Positions 21,440-32,547 of a stretch of DNA of 64,000 nucleotides are shown here, piece after piece. The position numbers and the translations under genes are program-made. The notes beneath the pieces are model-generated. The model was not told the DNA's origin. It made no database searches and worked only from the letters and a program-made list of their open reading frames with translations. Source of the DNA: an uncultured Gemmatimonadaceae bacterium (GTDB lineage Bacteria; Gemmatimonadota; Gemmatimonadetes; Gemmatimonadales; Gemmatimonadaceae); assembly GCA_963829055.1 (NCBI GenBank), contig CAWHHI010000009.1:1-64000 (forward strand), read 5' to 3'. The stretch's first letter is position 1. Each line of letters opens with the position of its first letter.

Positions 21440-22524
21440 CTACTTCACGCCCGGCCGCCGCGGATTGACGGCGACGGCGAGGTTCAGTCGCGTGTCGTGC
21501 GTGTTGTAGCTGATCTGCAGGTTGTAGCCGTTAGGCGTGACCGTGTGATAGCTCTTGTACTGCGCGACGTGAATCTCGGCCCCGTCCGACGTGTCGATCG
21601 TCACCGGAAGGCCGCGGCTCTCGAGCGCGGCTTTCACGCCGTCCGTGTCCCACGGCGAGATGCCGAACGAGATGTGATCGATCACGCCGCCAGCGCGGCC
21701 ACCCGCCGCTCCGAACGCCGGATCGAGCGGGTTGCCGCCGCGGATGATGATGTCGCCGACGTCGCCGATCATCAGCTCATTCTGGCTGCCCTCGTCGTAC
21801 GTCGGACCCCAGCCGAGCAGGTTGACGTAGAACGACACGCTGGCCTTGTAGTTCTTCGCGCCGAAGGAGAGGTGGTCGAGCCACACCGTTTGCCACCCGG
21901 TCGACTCGAACGGCGGTGCTTCCGAGAGCCTAACGTTGGCCGGCGATGTCGCGACGCGCCTTCGTGTAGCCCTTGCCGTTGCCGAGCTGCAGGTCGAAGC
22001 CGTCGCGGATCCCTGACGTGAAAGCTCTCGAATCCCTTGCCGTCGTTGTCGGCCACGGGGTCGAGGCCGCGCTTTCGCAGTTCCGCCTCGATCGACTTCG
22101 CATTCCACGGCTCGATGTCGAACGCGATGGTTTCGACGACGGCGCGGAGCGGCGGGCGATTGGCGTCGGCGCGCGCGGGTTGCGTGAAGGAGTCCGCGGG
22201 CGCCTGTCGAAAGATCACGGTTCCCCAGTCACCGACGTCCATGACGACGCGCTGCTCGTTCTCGCTCCGCGTCTTCCAGCCCATGAGCGCGGCGTAAAAC
22301 GCGGCTTCCTTCTTCGGCTCGGCGACGCGGAACGTGATGTGATCGAGCGACGCAGTGCGCCACCCCGTGCGCGCGAACACCGGAGGGATCGAGTCGGTGT
22401 TGCACGCCGGAGAGCCGTACGCACGGATGCAGCGCCCCTGCGCCGAGCCGACGTGCGGCATCAGGGTGATCGCGACGATCGTGCCTAACGTCAGCCAGCG
22501 GTGTCGCCGGATCTGGCCACTCAC
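21440..22524 (-). CDS. Two-domain VOC/glyoxalase protein, secreted (frameshifts near 21960-22010)
   Basis: Duplicated GW.T..LDHITF/LDHLSF...FY..L.GW modules. Confidence 0.8.
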
Positions 22525-22877
22525 CAATCCCCTCTGCTGTTCAGCCGATCCGCGGCGTACTGGATGGCGAAGGCGTGGGCGTCCCCGACTTCCTGCGGCA
22601 CATCGACCCACTCGCCGAGCGCGTCGCTGTAGTCGTAGATGCATGCTTCGCGCGCGTCGTCAGGCGACATGTGCCACGTGTCGCCACCGAACTCCCCGTG
22701 CGCGGTGTACCGGAAGAGCATGGCCCCTGGATCGTCGCCGGCGATCAGGAGGATCACGTCCGGCGGGGGAAGCATCTGCGACGGGTCGATCGGGAACCCG
22801 GCGGTCTGCGTCACGCGACGCTGGGTTGCGAGCGGGCCCACGAGGGCCAGGGAGCGTGTGCGGGTCGGTTGGGTCAT
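22521..22877 (-). CDS. Hypothetical protein
   Basis: 118-aa ORF (LFRY...GEFGGDTWH); overlaps the next gene start. Confidence 0.7.
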   Translation of the reverse strand: MTQPTRTRSLALVGPLATQRRVTQTAGFPIDPSQMLPPPDVILLIAGDDPGAMLFRYTAHGEFGGDTWHMSPDDAREACIYDYSDALGEWVDVPQEVGDAHAFAIQYAADRLNSRGDW

Positions 22878-22952
22878 AGGCAGAGTGACGGAGGCCCTCT
22901 AGCCTATCACTCGGGCGGCGTCGCCGTCAGGGGCATGTCCAGGGGACGCCAA

Positions 22953-23009
22953 GGATTCCTCATGCGCCCGCCTGTGGCGGGCACCCGGCTGTCGCTCGCT
23001 CGGAATGAC
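22953..23009. repeat. REP-like half element (…CGCTCGGAATGAC family)
   Basis: Matches 14156-14206. Confidence 0.7.
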
Positions 23010-23223
23010 CGCGGATCCGCGATCCGCTGGCACGCCTAACGTGTCGAGGACCGCCACGCGACGGCGACGACCGCGAAGGAGGCGATCTCGACCGCGGACG
23101 CACTCAGGCGCCAGACGCGTATGGGTCGCGTCGGGGCGAGAACACGAGGCTGGATGGACCAACACCGCGATCGCAAAGGCGACGACATAGCCGGACGCTA
23201 CCATGACTGTCCTGGCGGCGGTC

Positions 23224-23577
23224 TCAGGCGGTGCCGAACAGCACCTTCCTTCCATCCGGATCCGTCACCGTCACGACGACGTCGTCAACCGAGTACGGCT
23301 CAATGCCGAGCTGCTCGAGGCGCGCGCGGAATGCCTGCTGGTCTTCGATGTGGAAATAGAGCTGCGTCGCGTTCGAGCCGCACACGACGGGGAACGTATA
23401 GTCGGAGAACGCCTTCGCATCGTGGATCGCCAGCTGCATGCGCCCGTCATCGAGCCGCCAGTACACGTAGCCGCCGCTCTCACCCACCTGTTCCATTGGA
23501 AGACCGGCGACCTCGCGGTAGAAGCGTGCCGTGTCGGCTGGTTGTTCGGAGGTCAGGAACACCCCTCTCAGCATCAT
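23224..23577 (-). CDS. VOC/glyoxalase family protein
   Basis: ARFYREVAGL...TDPDGRKV; GGAG RBS. Confidence 0.85.
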   Translation of the reverse strand: MMLRGVFLTSEQPADTARFYREVAGLPMEQVGESGGYVYWRLDDGRMQLAIHDAKAFSDYTFPVVCGSNATQLYFHIEDQQAFRARLEQLGIEPYSVDDVVVTVTDPDGRKVLFGTA

Positions 23578-23711
23578 CACACAATTCTCCAAAAGACTGC
23601 CGACGCTCGGCGCAAACACTGGCCCGTGGCGTGCTGCGCGACCGGACGCGGGCACAGAACGACGTCCAAAGGAAGCAGCAACGTTACACGAACGTCACAC
23701 GAGGTGAGGTC

Positions 23712-24358
23712 ATGGCAGCACAACAATTACAGGGGAAGACGGTCGCGATTCTGGCGACGGATGGGGTAGAGCGCGTAGAGCTGACGGAACCGAGAAAGGC
23801 GCTCGACGCGGCCGGTGCGCGCACGGTCGTCGTGTCGCCCAGGACGGGGTCGATCAAGGGATGGGAGCACGATCACTGGGGTGAGTCGATCCCCGTAGAT
23901 CAGTCATTGGATGGAGCCCGCGCGGATCAGTTCGACGCGCTGCTGTTGCCCGGCGGCGTCATCAACCCGGATCAGCTTCGGCAGAACGAGCGTGCCGTTC
24001 AGTTCGTGCGCGGCTTCTTCGATGCGGGGAAGCCGTGGCGGCGATCTGTCACGGGCCGTGGATGCTCGTGGAGGCCAATGTCGTGCGGGGGCGAACGATC
24101 ACCTCGTGGCCCTCGCTCCGGACCGACATCCGCAACGCGGGCGCGGAGTGGGTGGATCGTGAGGTGGTGACCGATAAAGGCCTGGTCACGAGCCGCAAGC
24201 CGGACGACATCCCGGCGTTCAGCCGGAAGATGATCGAGGAGTTCGCCGAGGGCGTGCACGAAGGGCAGCGCCCGGCGGCCAGGCGAGAAGCTCGACCCAG
24301 CGGGCAGATGGAAGCGCGCGACGCGGTGAAGCGCGGACGAGAGCGCGGCGCGCGTTAG
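23712..24358 (+). CDS. pfpI: DJ-1/PfpI family protein (frameshift near 24033)
   Basis: [29 protein letters not shown] and [13 protein letters not shown] motifs. Confidence 0.9.
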
Positions 24359-24383
24359 GCGCGCCGCGCTCGCCGTGGTATTG

Positions 24384-24974
24384 CTACCCGATCGCGCCCG
24401 CCGCGGCGACGGCCGCGGGCTGCGAGTGCTCGAGACGATCCCGCGTCTCCAGTAACAACTCGAGGGCGTCCGCGAGGTGCTCTTCCGTGATGTGATGATC
24501 GCCGCGCTCGACGCGGAGTCGCTGCGCCGCCATCAGCACATCGGCATCACGGAAGCCGTCGGGCGTCTCGAACTTGTAGCACGCGAGCTCGACCTTGAGT
24601 CCGTTCGCGTCCTGCAGGTAGATCGAGTCCATGAACCCGCGATCGCGCTGCAGAAACTCGATCTCACGTTCGCGCAGACGAGCGGGTACCTGCGTGAACG
24701 TGGCTCTCGAGACGTTGAACGCAATGTGCTCCACGCACCCGACCTCGCGCGGCGCGGGGCGGCGAGCGTCGTCCCGGGACTCGTTGGTGAACACGGTGAG
24801 CAGACGTCCATCGCCGGGGTCGAAGTAGAGATGGTTCTCATCGGGCTTGCCGAGATTCGGCTGCTCCATGATGAACGGCATGCCTAACAAGCCGGACCAG
24901 AAGTCGATGGCGCTCTGCTTCGTGGAACCGACCAACGTGATATGATGAAGACCCTGAACCTGAAGTTTTTTCAT
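24384..24974 (-). CDS. VOC family protein
   Basis: MKKLQVQGLHHITL, HLYFDPGDGRLLT and EHIAF motifs. Confidence 0.9.
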   Translation of the reverse strand: MKKLQVQGLHHITLVGSTKQSAIDFWSGLLGMPFIMEQPNLGKPDENHLYFDPGDGRLLTVFTNESRDDARRPAPREVGCVEHIAFNVSRATFTQVPARLREREIEFLQRDRGFMDSIYLQDANGLKVELACYKFETPDGFRDADVLMAAQRLRVERGDHHITEEHLADALELLLETRDRLEHSQPAAVAAAGAIG

Positions 24975-25002
24975 CGGACTACCTAAGGTGAAAGTCGAAC
25001 GT

Positions 25003-25252
25003 CTAACGGCGCAAGCGGCTCTAACGGCGCGAAATGCCGAACGGCGCCAAATCCCAGACGGCGCGAAATCCCGAACGGCGCGAAATCCCAGACAGCGCGA
25101 AATCCCGAACGGCGACAAAGAGCGGAACGGCACCGCCGTTTGGCGCCGTTCTGGGATTTCGCGCCGTTCGGCATCTGGCGCCGTTTGGGATTTCGCGCCG
25201 TTCGGGATTTCGCGCTCTTCGGCATTTCGCGCCGTTAGGGCCGTCCGCCGTC
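25003..25252. repeat. Back-to-back inverted pair of 17-bp-unit arrays with no cargo
   Basis: Forward arm 25003-25125 and reverse-complement arm about 25135-25250; fills the amidohydrolase-VOC intergenic gap. Confidence 0.95.
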
Positions 25253-28200
25253 TTACTTGCCCGTGCCTGTTCCTGCCGATCCAGTCTCCGGGTTGAGGGC
25301 GTCGTGTGTCATCCACCATTGCTTGGGCATCGCACGCTGACGTGGCCAGATCTCGTTCAGTGTGCTGCCCTCGTATACGCGACCGTTCTTCATCACGAAG
25401 CGGATCGTGTTCGTGTTCTTGATGTCGTCGAGCGGATTCGCGTCCAGCACGATGCAGGTCCGCCAGCTTCCCGTTCTCCAGCGTGCCGATCTGCTTGCCG
25501 AGCCCGATCGACTCGGCGCCATAGATCGTCGCGACGCGCAGCACGTCCATCGGCTTCATGCCGCCGCTCGCGATGTTCCACATCTCCCAGTGCACGCCGA
25601 GTCCCTGCAGCTGACCGTGGCCGCCGAGTCCCACGCGGCCGCCCGCCTCCACGACCTTCTTCGCCTGCTCGGCGAACAGCTTGAACGAGTACTCGCTGTC
25701 GCGGAACCACTGCGGGCGACGCAGCGCGCGGCGCTCGAGCTCCGTGAACGGCGTGAAGTGCGTGAGCTTCGGCGTCGCTCAGGATGTCGTAGTGCTCGTA
25801 CCACCAGTTCTCCGCCCACGGGCCGCCGTACTGCACGAGCAGCGTCGGCGTCCACGTCGTCCCGCTCTTGGCGAACAGCTCGATCGCGTCCTTGTACATC
25901 GGCGCGATCGGCAGCGTGTGCTCGATGCCGGCGTAGCCGTCCATCGCCTCCGTCATGTTCTTCTTGAAGTCGAGCCCGCCCTCGAGCGTCGGCGTGATGT
26001 GCTGCTCCTTCGCCGCCATCGCGATCCACTGTCGCTGCCGACGGTCGCCGGCCATGTACTGCTTGATCGTCTCGGTGAGGTAGAACTCCGAGTAGCGCTT
26101 CATCACTTCCTTGCGCGTCGTCGCCGCTCGTGACGTTGTCCCAGTCGAAGATGCCCGGGCCGGTCGTGTAGATGCGCGGGCCGATGATCTGCCCGACGTC
26201 CACCGCGTCGCCGTACGAGATGACGTCGGCCGTCGACGTCTGCGGATCGCGCGTCGTCGTCACGCCGTACGCGAGGTTCACCGTGTACATGTACGGCTGC
26301 GGCGAGTGCACGCCCCACTGCGGCCACATGTGCGCGTGCACGTCCACGAAGCCGGGCATGATCGTCTTGCCGGACACGTCGATCGTTCGCGCGCCGTTAG
26401 GCACCGTGACGCTGCCTTCCGCGCCGACGGCGACGATGCGGTTGTTCGTGACCACGACGTCGCCGCGCGGGATCACCTCGTCGCCCTTCATCGTGATGAT
26501 GCGCGCGCCGCGCAGGACGACGGTGCCGGTCGGGCGATCCTTGGGCGCCGTGATCGTGATGTCGGTGCGCGTCGGCTCGTAGACCGGCTTGCCGCGCGCG
26601 GCACCGGCGTTAGGTGTTGCTGAATCAGGCCGCGCTGGACGCGGCGGCGCCTTGGCCGCCGAGTCCGCGGCGAGCGAATCGGCCCGCGCGACGTCGTACT
26701 GGAAGAACGCGCGACCCATCGAGTAGTACACGCCCTTCGAGTCGGCATTCCAGCCGAGGAAGTCGCCGCCGATGCGGGACAGTCGGCGGAAGGGAACCGC
26801 GCCGTTCGTCGCCTGCTCGACGGACACGGTCGGCGTCGGGCCGCCGGTCATCGGCAGCGGAATGACGTAGATCTTGTTGTCGACGAGCGCGAGCACCCGG
26901 CTCCCGTCCGGCGATGACCTGCAGCTCGGCTGCCCGTCGCGGTCTCGCGTTAGGCCCGCCGCCCGGCTGTCACGAAGCCCGTCACGATGAGGTGCGCCTT
27001 GCGGTCGGTGCCGTCCCAGCGCATCGACACGAGGCCATCCTCGTCGTCGTAGACCCACACGCGCGTCGTGTCGTTGCGTGAAGTGCGGGCGCTGGGCGTT
27101 CGTGAGCGGCGTGATCAGCGTCGCCGCGTCCGCCCGTCGCCGGGATCCACACCAGGTCCGTGATGATGAGCTTCGGGTTGATCTCGTCGTTGATCTCGGC
27201 GCGCTGCTCGCGCGGTGCGCGCACCGCGACGATCCGCGCGCCGGTCGGCGAATACGCGATCTCGTCGTAGAACGCCGACGCTCTCGTCAGCTTCTCCGGC
27301 TTCCCGCCGGCGGCCGGGACGCGCCAGATGTCGCCGCCTTCCTCCGTCCAGCTGACGAACGCGATGTACTTGCCGTCCGGCGACCACACGGGCGAGTGCT
27401 CGCCTTCGTCCGCCGTCGTCAGGCGCTTCGGCGTGCCCGAGGGCAGGTCCATGATCCACAGGCGATCGAGGGCCGAGAAGACGAGGCGCTTCCCGTTAGG
27501 CGACGGGCGCGCGCCGCGGATCTGGCGCACGGTGAGCGTCGTGTCGTTCACCGGATACTCGAAGCGAACGAGATCGCCGAGCATCTGGTCGACTTCGGCC
27601 GTGAACGGGATCTGCGTCTGCTGGCCGGACGTCGCGTCGACGCGCCAGATGTGACCGTGGTGCGCGAGCACGAGCGCCTTCGAGTCCGGCATCCAGGCGT
27701 AGCCGGGCAGCAGGTCGCGCGAGCCGCGCGACTCGATGTCGTCGCGCTGGATGTCGTTCGCGAGCCACTGCTCGTCGCCTGACGAGAGCTCGCGCAGCTT
27801 GAGTCCCGTGATCGCCATGCGCCGCGAGCCGTACGCGAGCCACTTGCCATCGGGGCTCACCTGCGGGCGGAAGCCCGTGCCGAGGTTGAGCGTGCGCCGC
27901 TCGAGCCGACCCGTCTGGCGGTCGTACATGACGACCTGTGTCGTGCCCAGCATCTGGTTGTAGCCGGCGGGACCCGTGCGCGCGCTCGCGTAGATGTAGC
28001 GGCCGTCCGGCGTCGCCGACGCACCCATGAAGTTGGATGGCGCGTTCCCGCCACCGGGCCCACCCTGTGTGCGGCGGTGGCGTCTGCCCCGTTAGGCGAA
28101 GTCCGCTGCCGCCATTGCGGTGATAGAGCCAGAGGTCGTTGCTCTTCGAGACGATGACGTACTGGCCGTCCGGCGTCCACGCGGGCGAGACGTACGCCTG

Positions 28201-28629
28201 GTTGGGTCCGCGCGTCATCGGCCGCAAATGCTGCCCGTCCGGATCGACGAGGTAGAGGTTCTCGCTCCCGGACCGGTCGCTGACGAAAACGATCGACTTG
28301 CCGTCGGGCGAGAAGCGCGGCTGTCCGTCGAAGCCGGAGCCGCTCGTGATTCTGTTCGCCGAGCCGCCGCCGATCGGAATCGTGTAGATGTCGCCGAGGA
28401 GGTCGAAGACGATCGTCTTGCCGTCGGGCGAGACGTCGAGCGACATCCACGTGCCCTCGTCGGTCGTGAACTTGAGGGGGCGCGTGGGAACGAGCGGCAG
28501 CTCGCTGTTCGGCGCCGTGCGGCGGGTCGTCGTGTCGGCTGCGTTGTTCTGGGAGAGCGCAGGCCCTCCCAGGCCGAACAGGAAAGCGAGGCTCAGCGTG
28601 AGCCGGATGAACAGGGCACTGCGCGACAT
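25253..28629 (-). CDS. TolB/PD40-repeat amidohydrolase (multiple frameshifts)
   Basis: FTTDEGTWMSLDVSPDG, repeated SPDG motifs, PGFVDVHAH, GHGQLQGLG, GKLADL. Confidence 0.9.
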
Positions 28630-28737
28630 GGGTGGCTCCGGAAGTGTTTCGATTGTTGACTTATGCGTCGCGACCGACGCTCGCAAGAGCGGCTGCAGCA
28701 AGAGCGCGAGTGTCTTGTCGAGGCTGCCGTGCTAGGT

Positions 28738-28890
28738 TGTCATTCCGAGCGGAGCGGAGGGCGGAGTCGAGGAATCCTTGATCGTCCCGGTAGAGAGCCC
28801 TCTACCTGCCGGACCAAGGATTCCTCGACTCCGGCCCTTCGGGCCTCCGCTCGGAATGACACCCGCTCGGAATGACACCGCTCGGAATGC
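28738..28890. repeat. REP-like palindrome TGTCATTCCGAGCGGAG...CTCCGCTCGGAATGACA with duplicated 3' end
   Basis: Terminal inverted repeat, inner GTCGAGGAATC/GATTCCTCGAC stem and GTAGAG/CTCTAC tip; homologous to 53629-53755. Confidence 0.9.
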
Positions 28891-28901
28891 ACGCGGCCTA
28901 C

Positions 28902-30218
28902 TTACCGATCCGCCGCCAGCACCGCGTTGAGCAGCACGTTGGCCCCGTTCACGACGTCCTCGGGCTTCGTGAACTCGCGCGGCGAATGGCTGATGCCGCC
29001 GACGCTCGGCACGAAGATCATCGCCATCGGAGCGATCTGGGCGATCTCCTGCGCATCGTGTCCAGCGCCGCTGGGCATCCGCTGACGTGTGAAGCCTAAC
29101 GCCGCCGCCGCGCCGTCGACCCAGCCCATCACCTGCGGGTCGGAGATCGCCGGCGCGCTGTCGACGGTCCGGTTGAACGTGAACGTCGTCCCGGTCGCCG
29201 TACCGATCTCTCGTCCCAACTGCTCGAATCGCCCGGAAAAGTGCTCGATCTTCGTCTGGTCGAGGTCGCGAAGATCGACCGTGAGAACGACCTGTCCCGG
29301 AATGACATTCGTCGTGTTAGGCGTCACGGTCATGCGGCCCACGGTCGCGACGGTGCGTCCCGGTACGCTACGCACCGCCTCGTTGATGGCGACAGCGAAC
29401 TTGGCCGCAGCGAGCATGGCGTCCTGCCGCTGGTCCATCGGCGTCGTCCCTGCGTGGTTGGAGAAGCCCGTGACGGTGATCTCGAACCACCGAAGGCCGA
29501 CGATGCCCTCGACGACGCCGATCTGAAGACCGGCCTTCTCCAGCAATCCGCCCTGCTCGATGTGCAATTCGATGTAGCAGGTGAGGTCGCCCTTGTGGAG
29601 CACGGCGTCGCTCAGGCGCGCGACGTTCCCACCGACGAGCCCGATCCCCTCACCGATCTTCTTGCCCGAGCGAGCGACCTTGTCGAGATCGGCGGGCGTG
29701 ATGTGGCCGATCGCGCATTTGCTTCCGATCGTGCCGCCTTCCTCGTTCGACCAGACGACGACGTCGACCGGATGACGCAGGCGTACGCCCTGCTCGCGCA
29801 GCGATCGCGCGACCTCTATCGCACTGAACGACCCGACGGGTCCATCGAAGTTGCCGCCGTCTGTGACGGAGTCCACGTGCGAGCCGATCAGGATCGGCTT
29901 GAGCGAGCGGTCCGTGCCCTCGAGTCGCCCGAAGATGTTCCCCGCCGCGTCGATCCGTGGCGTGAACCCCGCCTCACGGAAGAGGCCGAGGGTGAATGTC
30001 CGCCCCGCGAGGTCGGCCTCGGAGTAGGCGACGCGGTTGATACCGGTTGGCGTGCGGCCGATCGAGTCGAACTTCGCGAGCCAGCCGTTGAGCCGCGCCC
30101 CGTTCACATGCAATGGGGCCGGCATCGCGGTTGGCATCGACGTTCGGCCTGGCGCGCTGCGCAGAAGTGGGAGCGCGGCGACTGCGGCGGAGTGCTGGAG
30201 AAAGGTGCGGCGTTTCAT
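28902..30218 (-). CDS. M20 Zn-dependent hydrolase (allantoate/N-carbamoyl-amino-acid amidohydrolase family) with Tat signal
   Basis: KRRTFL Tat motif; GSHVDSV, NEEG, ELHIEQG, NHAGTTPM, SGAGHDA. Confidence 0.92.
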   Translation of the reverse strand: MKRRTFLQHSAAVAALPLLRSAPGRTSMPTAMPAPLHVNGARLNGWLAKFDSIGRTPTGINRVAYSEADLAGRTFTLGLFREAGFTPRIDAAGNIFGRLEGTDRSLKPILIGSHVDSVTDGGNFDGPVGSFSAIEVARSLREQGVRLRHPVDVVVWSNEEGGTIGSKCAIGHITPADLDKVARSGKKIGEGIGLVGGNVARLSDAVLHKGDLTCYIELHIEQGGLLEKAGLQIGVVEGIVGLRWFEITVTGFSNHAGTTPMDQRQDAMLAAAKFAVAINEAVRSVPGRTVATVGRMTVTPNTTNVIPGQVVLTVDLRDLDQTKIEHFSGRFEQLGREIGTATGTTFTFNRTVDSAPAISDPQVMGWVDGAAAALGFTRQRMPSGAGHDAQEIAQIAPMAMIFVPSVGGISHSPREFTKPEDVVNGANVLLNAVLAADR

Positions 30219-30272
30219 GCCCCATCATCGCGCCGTCGCGCGACATGGGGAAGGGGAGCCACTCTGGTACAC

Positions 30273-30794
30273 TCATTTCGGCTGGAGCGCGCTCCACTGC
30301 CACAGCCCATTCGTCACCGACGCGGGCAGACGGTGCCCGAGTTGCCGGGCCACCATGATGACCTGGCCGCGATGATGCGCTTCGTGCCCCGCGAAGTATG
30401 TCAGCACGTGACCGACATCGAGCGGCAGGTTCCGCCAGGTATACGCTGGCGATGGTGGCACTCGGCCGCCTGCGTCGAGGCCGAGCGTGAGAATCGCCTC
30501 GATGCCTTTGCCGCTCCGTGTGAGTGCCGAAAGCAGCTCACGACGCCTCACGCGACGCAGATCGACGAGCGGCGGGACCTGAACCCCGTGCGGAAGCCCG
30601 AGCGTGCGAATCCAGCGTGCGCGGGTGTTGTGCAGATGGGCGACGACCGTGCGGATCGTGCGGCGCGGAGTGACATCGGGAATCGCCGCATCCCAGAGGG
30701 CGGTCGGCAGCTCCTCCACCAGGAAGGCGGTGACACGGCAATTGGTCCGCCATGCGGCGAGCACGGAGGACCGCAGATCGAGTGAGTCTGTCAC
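30273..30794 (-). CDS. DinB family protein
   Basis: AHLHNTR..W and HEAHHRGQ motifs. Confidence 0.9.
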   Translation of the reverse strand: MTDSLDLRSSVLAAWRTNCRVTAFLVEELPTALWDAAIPDVTPRRTIRTVVAHLHNTRARWIRTLGLPHGVQVPPLVDLRRVRRRELLSALTRSGKGIEAILTLGLDAGGRVPPSPAYTWRNLPLDVGHVLTYFAGHEAHHRGQVIMVARQLGHRLPASVTNGLWQWSALQPK

Positions 30795-30814
30795 GCGAAC
30801 GCTCCTCGTCTCGC

Positions 30815-31243
30815 TTAGTTGACGATTCTCACCATCGCGCGCCTGCTGCCAAGGTCTGCCTCGACCGTCAACTCACGCGCCGCGGAGCACGCAGCGTACG
30901 CGTCGCTCGGCAGCACAACCACGGGGATCTCCGTCCCGTACAACTCACCCGCCACCAACGCACCTAACGCGAGAATCGGATCCGGCTCCGCGAGCACGAT
31001 CGCAGCGGGCCCGACGCCATTGCGGAGGCACTCGGCGAGCACGCTCGAGCTCGAGCTGCTGCCCCGCCCGCACTGGAGCACGAGAATCATCCCGGCCACC
31101 GACGCCCCCGACTGCGGGTGACGGGTATCGGTCACGCGCCCCGTGTTCTCGTCGACCCCGCCCCAGAAGGAGATCGGCTCGTCGAGTACCAGCGTCATTC
31201 CGCGCGCCTGGCCCGGCGTCAGCGCTTCACCGGCGAGCGTCAC
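30815..31243 (-). CDS. Aconitase X swivel subunit (DUF126)
   Basis: ISFWGGVD..TG...D..HP.G.SVAG and GRGSSSSS motifs. Confidence 0.9.
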   Translation of the reverse strand: MTLAGEALTPGQARGMTLVLDEPISFWGGVDENTGRVTDTRHPQSGASVAGMILVLQCGRGSSSSSSVLAECLRNGVGPAAIVLAEPDPILALGALVAGELYGTEIPVVVLPSDAYAACSAARELTVEADLGSRRAMVRIVN

Positions 31244-32502
31244 GCCACAGCTCCGCGTCGCGCCACCGTTCGCCCCGGACCGCCGATTCGACGCACTCTT
31301 CGAGACTCCCGAAAATCACCTGGATCCCCAGGTTGTTCGGTCCGTACCAGGCCCACTTCGCCGAGTTCGTCATCACCGCCCCCACGATCGGCGCCATGAT
31401 CGGCGCCAGGTAGGTGCAGGTGTCGGTCACGATCGTCACCCCTGCCGCCGTGATGTCGTCGAGCCATCCACGCGCGCGAAGTTCTTCCTGCACTGCCTCG
31501 GCCGGTGGAGGCGTAGAACGCCACGCGATCCGACACGCGACGCCCACCGAGCAGCGTACGCAGTCGCTCGAATTCGGCAAGAGAGAAATGCGGGGTCCCC
31601 ACGCTTACCGCCCCGAGCGACGCATTGCCGGCAGATGTCAGCTCCTCCGCCGCGTCGGCCAGGTCGGCGAGCGAGACCGGTATCACCTGCCTGGGCGCCC
31701 GTTGTCCGCAGGCTGCGGCAAGAGTGGACGCCTCCGGTGTGATGCCCACCATGTGGAACATGGCCACCGAACCCGACGACGCAGCCGCCGCACCGAGCGC
31801 CTTGAGCTGGTCCTCGGTGGCGTGTTCGATGCCATCGATCACCGGAACGTTACGCGCTGTCCGCCGCCCGATGAAATGCCCGAGCGCCGCGAAGAACACG
31901 TCACTCGCCGCCAGCCGAGCCGGTATCCGATCCAGACGGAAATGCACCGTCGCCAGCCGACCCTCGTCGGAATGGAGTCCCACGTAGGGCGCGCGCCCGG
32001 TGAGCGCGGCCGCAATGTCGATGAAGTCCCCATACCGTTCCGTGCGCGCCCCCAGAACCGAGTTGGCGAAGACGATGGCGTTCGACTCCGCCCAGGCAAT
32101 CTGCTCGCCTAACGACGGACGGTTGGGGAGCTGATACGGAGCACAGGTCCACGTGGGGCGGCACCCTAACGCCGAGTAGAGCCGCATCAGCTCGCGGCCG
32201 GCCGTGCGCCGCTTCGGATCGCCGCGGTTGAGCTCCGGATGCAGCAGGTCGACGGCCCCAACGTTGAGCGTCGTCTCGACCCGTACGGATCCGCCACCAG
32301 CAACCAGACGCTCGGCGAAGTCGATGCTGACCGGACCGTGATACAGGCATCCGTCCACGTGCGCGCTGGCGATGGGAACCAGGCGCTCGGCTCCCATCAA
32401 CTCTGCCATGCGTACGAGAAGACGAGCGGCGAGTTGGGTGGCGACACCTCCGTCGCCCCCCAGCATCGCCCGCTCGTCGCTCGTTAGGTCGATCGTCGGC
32501 AC
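31227..32502 (-). CDS. Aconitase X catalytic subunit (DUF521; frameshift near 31500)
   Basis: AHVDGCLY, TWTCAPY, WAESNA, GTPHFS, DTC and TNSAKWA motifs. Confidence 0.9.
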
Positions 32503-32547
32503 GCGAGGCCCCGAAGAGACGGGTGCGTGTCGAGCGACGCGCCCCGC

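Noticed and set aside
24975..25652. Apparent amidohydrolase-VOC fusion ORF (24384..25652)
   Set aside because: Produced by a frameshift plus a stop-free repeat array; the VOC gene has its own start at 24974
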